Shown here: piece after piece, positions 60,859 to 64,000 of the stretch
Position numbering within the stretch: the stretch's first letter is position 1
Layout of the letters: every line of letters starts with the position of its first letter
Assembly (NCBI RefSeq): GCF_902713615.1
Contig: NC_052162.1
Location: forward strand, 86,095,240 to 86,159,239
Origin: Scyliorhinus canicula
Taxonomy: Eukaryota
Reading direction: 5' to 3'
DNA length: 64,000 bases
Made by a program: the position numbers and the translations under genes
Notes under the pieces: model-generated
Told to the model about the DNA's origin: nothing
Database searches by the model: none
What the model saw: only the letters and a program-made list of their open reading frames with translations

Positions 60859-61055
60859 AGGATTCTCCGTCTGTTCACGACAATGGGATTCTCCGGTCCT
60901 TCTGCAGTGAGTTAGGGATCTGGCTGAGTGCCAAACTCTCTGAGCTGGATTCTCGACCGGCATGATTCTCCGTTGCGCCAGCAGCGCACCCCACCATGAG
61001 TTTCTCAACGGTGTGGGGTGGCCACAAGCAGCTGGAGGATGGGAAAACCCGCCCT
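60859..61055. mobile_element. MITE-like elements inserted in the putative Copia LTR
   Basis: Repeated GGATTCTC starts (about 60860, 60886, 60947) and a GGGAAAACCCGCCC end. Confidence 0.45.
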
Positions 61056-61248
61056 TTGCCTTTGCCAGGGACATACTCACAACATAAAATCTTCACCACA
61101 GTGCCTTTCCTCACAGAGCGTTTATTGATTTAGTACAGAAGCAAGGCTCCTCTTCCACCCCCTCCTCTTCCAGTGTCCCACTTGTTGCAATTTATGGGTG
61201 GAAAAATACCCATCACTTGTTAAACAATGTAATTGCTATTAAATCTCA

Positions 61249-61557
61249 GAATAATAATAATCTTTATTAGTGTCACATGTAGACTTACATTAACACTGCA
61301 GTGAAGTTACTGTGAAAAATCCCCAATCACCACACTCCGATGCCTGTTCTGGTACACGGAGGGAGAATTCAGAATGTCCAATTCACCTAACAGCACGTCT
61401 TTCGAGACTTGTGGGAGGAAACCGGAGCATCCGGAGAAACCCACACAGACACGGGGAGAATGTGCTGACTCAGCACAGACAGTGATCCAAGCCGGGAATC
61501 GAACACGGGTCCCGGGCGCTGTGAAGCAACAGTGCTAACCACTGTGCTACCAAGCCG
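61249..61557 (-). mobile_element. V-SINE with (TTA)n / GTGACA.TAATAAA tail
   Basis: Same chimeric structure as the split SINE at 29741/36242. Confidence 0.85.
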
Positions 61558-61909
61558 CTAACAACACGTCAACAGGAAATTCCGGTTGATGCAAGGGTTT
61601 CCCGGCAACGATGGGTGCTGTCCAATTGACAGCAGCAGCATCGGCAGATCCTGCTGGCGGATCCCCTCCCCCGTGGTGGCTGCTAAGTCCCACCCAAAAT
61701 GTCCATGAAACCTGAACAATGTAATTGCCAATAATGTTGTACATGATAAATGCTATGTTAATTCCGAGATTGTAAGAACATAAGCATTGTGAAAGCACCA
61801 ACACCGCAATAAAACCATCACTGCAATAGCATCAAAACTGTTTTTAAATCAGCAGGGTGGTAATTTTACAACGGCACTCAAACAACACCAAATAATGTCT
61901 CCCTGTTGA

Positions 61910-62712
61910 TGTTATAACTGGATGGAAGAATGGAACTCTGCCTCAAAAGACCGTCATTTTATTTTTTTAATATAAAACTTGGAGGAACTGAGTCACAGGA
62001 CTGCAAATCACTTTTAATAATAAGAAAAAAATAATTAAACCTGAAAAGGTGGATTATTGTAGAATATGTCTTTTCTCCTCCCTTATCTTAACAATTTCAC
62101 ACAGATTTTAATATTAACATGGATTACAAAGTGCATCTTAAGCTACATTGGTCTCATTAACACACATTAGTTTCCTCTGTTCCATTAACTCCAGACTTCT
62201 TGAAAACTTTTCTTCATTTCTCTAGTTTCCTTAACTAGCTGGAATTTAGATTCCTAGCATCTGTTTCCTTAACCATTTCTCCATTGTATGGCTTTTCCTT
62301 CAGCACGTCAAAGAGAGATGATCCCTCTTAAGCCTTCTCAAACCAATTGTTTCAAGCAGAGCTGTGAGAGCTGCCTTCTCTCTCATTACCTATCTCCAAT
62401 TGCTCTGCTTTCCAGCTAAAGCTCAGAATAAAGGAAAGCACATCCCACTGGAAAGTGGCCTCTGGTTGCTAAGTAATGACTTACTTCTGTTTACTTTTCA
62501 CACTGTAACCCTCTCTAAGCACAATACAATCACAGCTGGAATTAAAACCAACCCCTAACATCCAAACACCTTTGTCCAGCATGGATCTAATGAGAGGTTT
62601 TACCCTTCCAAGCTCAGAAACATAAAATTAAACCTTCTTAAAACTATACCTTATTTCTAATGTTTATCGAAACAAATATAAATCACTTAAAACCACCCTT
62701 GTTTTCCTAACA
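61910..62712. mobile_element. Possible long solo LTR
   Basis: TGTTA...TAACA terminal inverted repeat interrupting an (AACAC..GC)-rich stretch; no TSD found. Confidence 0.3.
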
Positions 62713-64000
62713 CAGCCAAACTTTGATAACAGCAGCACTGGAAGAACACCAACTCTGTGCCGACTGCAATTTTACTGAAAATGCAATACCATCAACACTG
62801 TGATAGCACTGACACTACATCAACGCCACCACTGCATCAGAAATCTACACTACAACTACATTGACACTGCGATAACATGCACATGGCAATGAGACCAAAA
62901 CTGGGACAGCAAAAAAACCTAGGAAAACACCAACACTTCCACTACTCGAATGCTCGGAACACCAACACTGTCCCAAGAGTTTGGTCTCTACCTGGGTCAG
63001 CCAAAATATCAGACAGTTAGCGGCCATGATCAGAGGCTCACACAACATAATCTGAAGTGGGATGTTAGGTCACTCTCCAAGTATCACAAGATTGCCCTAG
63101 CAGATCAGATTGTCGATTAAAGAATGATCATTGCTCATGGGAAGTTGATGTGCTTCAGTAAGAACTATTGTGTAGTTTCCACAACCGCAAGGAAAAGAGA
63201 AAAGATCCATTTGCCGACTCTTTTTCTCATTAACTAATTCATCAGCATCTGCGACATATCTTGGCCCAGTGTACAGCTCAGTCAAGTTTCTCATTAATTT
63301 ATCCTTTGAAAGGAGGAAACCTTTCAAAAGAAGAAAGGGTGCTTCAGCAGATTACTCCCTTCGCTCACACACTTGGCAACTGGCCAAATCTAGATCGATC
63401 TAAAATTTCTAGCAGCAGAATGTCACTTCCATCCTGACAATTAGTGCTGAGGAATAACTTTCACATTGTGCGTTCGCAAAAAAGGTATGCATTCACCATT
63501 GTAATCAACCAAATGAATCCAAACCATTCTGAATGCCTCACACATCTGTTACCAGGACGGTCCTCTGAACTTACAAATCTTTCAATGAGCAGGAGAAACC
63601 TTGGACTAAAAACTGGTTTTCGACAAAGGAATTTTGATTTGCGAGCTGCACGTCCTGTTTAGAGATGAGAAATACAATTATTTGCGTGCTCAACATGTCT
63701 GCATAATTTAAGAACCAGCTAAGTGGATTGCGCCTTGCTTCTTTCCTTGTCCTACTGCTGGCTGCTAATGTGCTCAGCAGGGGAGCCTATTAGCGTTGTT
63801 CAGCAGCCAATCCAGTTTTGTTAAAGATTTACCCGCTGTTAAAGCTGGGCTACACTTCTGACCTGAAGGCTGTTGGTAATCAATTGGGAAGAGTAGAGGT
63901 GAAAGGGAATGATGCCACAGACAAGAGGCAGTGCTCCGAGATTCAGGGATGCTATCTCAAAGTCACTGGTAACCCAGGAGGGAGGGAGTGTTGTCATGGG

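Larger units (their letters stand above)
56275..61225 (-). mobile_element. Decayed Ty1/Copia-type LTR retrotransposon (probably GalEa-like), 3'-truncated and interrupted
   Basis: tRNAi-Met-like PBS (60792-60808), then gag remnants and INT (CEKC, AMDLK, LTDYGGEF, TAADSLFSNGICEINH, LAWAVHVKN). RT N-terminus follows (FKAKPVAQGFKE, VDSSTA, FLYG..REVFMQPGKE). Confidence 0.8.

Noticed and set aside
37531-64000. Next SLC9A2 exon (expected ..YVE.N.S.KS.TT.KYF.KM..)
   Set aside because: Not found in the ORF track or by eye; probably beyond the window, although a missed exon cannot be excluded.

Overview
Eukaryotic, vertebrate DNA, almost certainly from a cartilaginous fish (dense HE1/V-SINE-type tRNA SINEs with CR1 tails). 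The only host coding sequence I can support is two + strand exons (5313-5776, 37280-37530) of an SLC9A-family Na+/H+ exchanger closest to NHE2/SLC9A2. Everything else is intron, packed with nested mobile elements. These are: the 5' end of a well-preserved retrovirus-like LTR element (tRNA-Arg PBS, coiled-coil Gag with CCHC, in-frame TGA gag-pro junction, WDTG protease); a decayed two-LTR Mag-type Gypsy element carrying a PIF/Harbinger two-gene core; a Gmr1-type (PR-INT-RT) element that seems to lack RNase H; a decayed Ty1/Copia (probably GalEa-like) element; solo LTRs; CR1 and L2 LINE fragments; Penelope-type ends with degenerate hammerhead ribozyme cores, one folded into a ~300-bp palindrome; MITE-like GC-rich elements; more than 20 SINEs with interchangeable tails; and a ~3.2-kb C/A-rich minisatellite. 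Most ORFs in the supplied track are spurious translations of repeats. Coordinates of decayed repeats are approximate, and family names come from motif recognition, not database searches.
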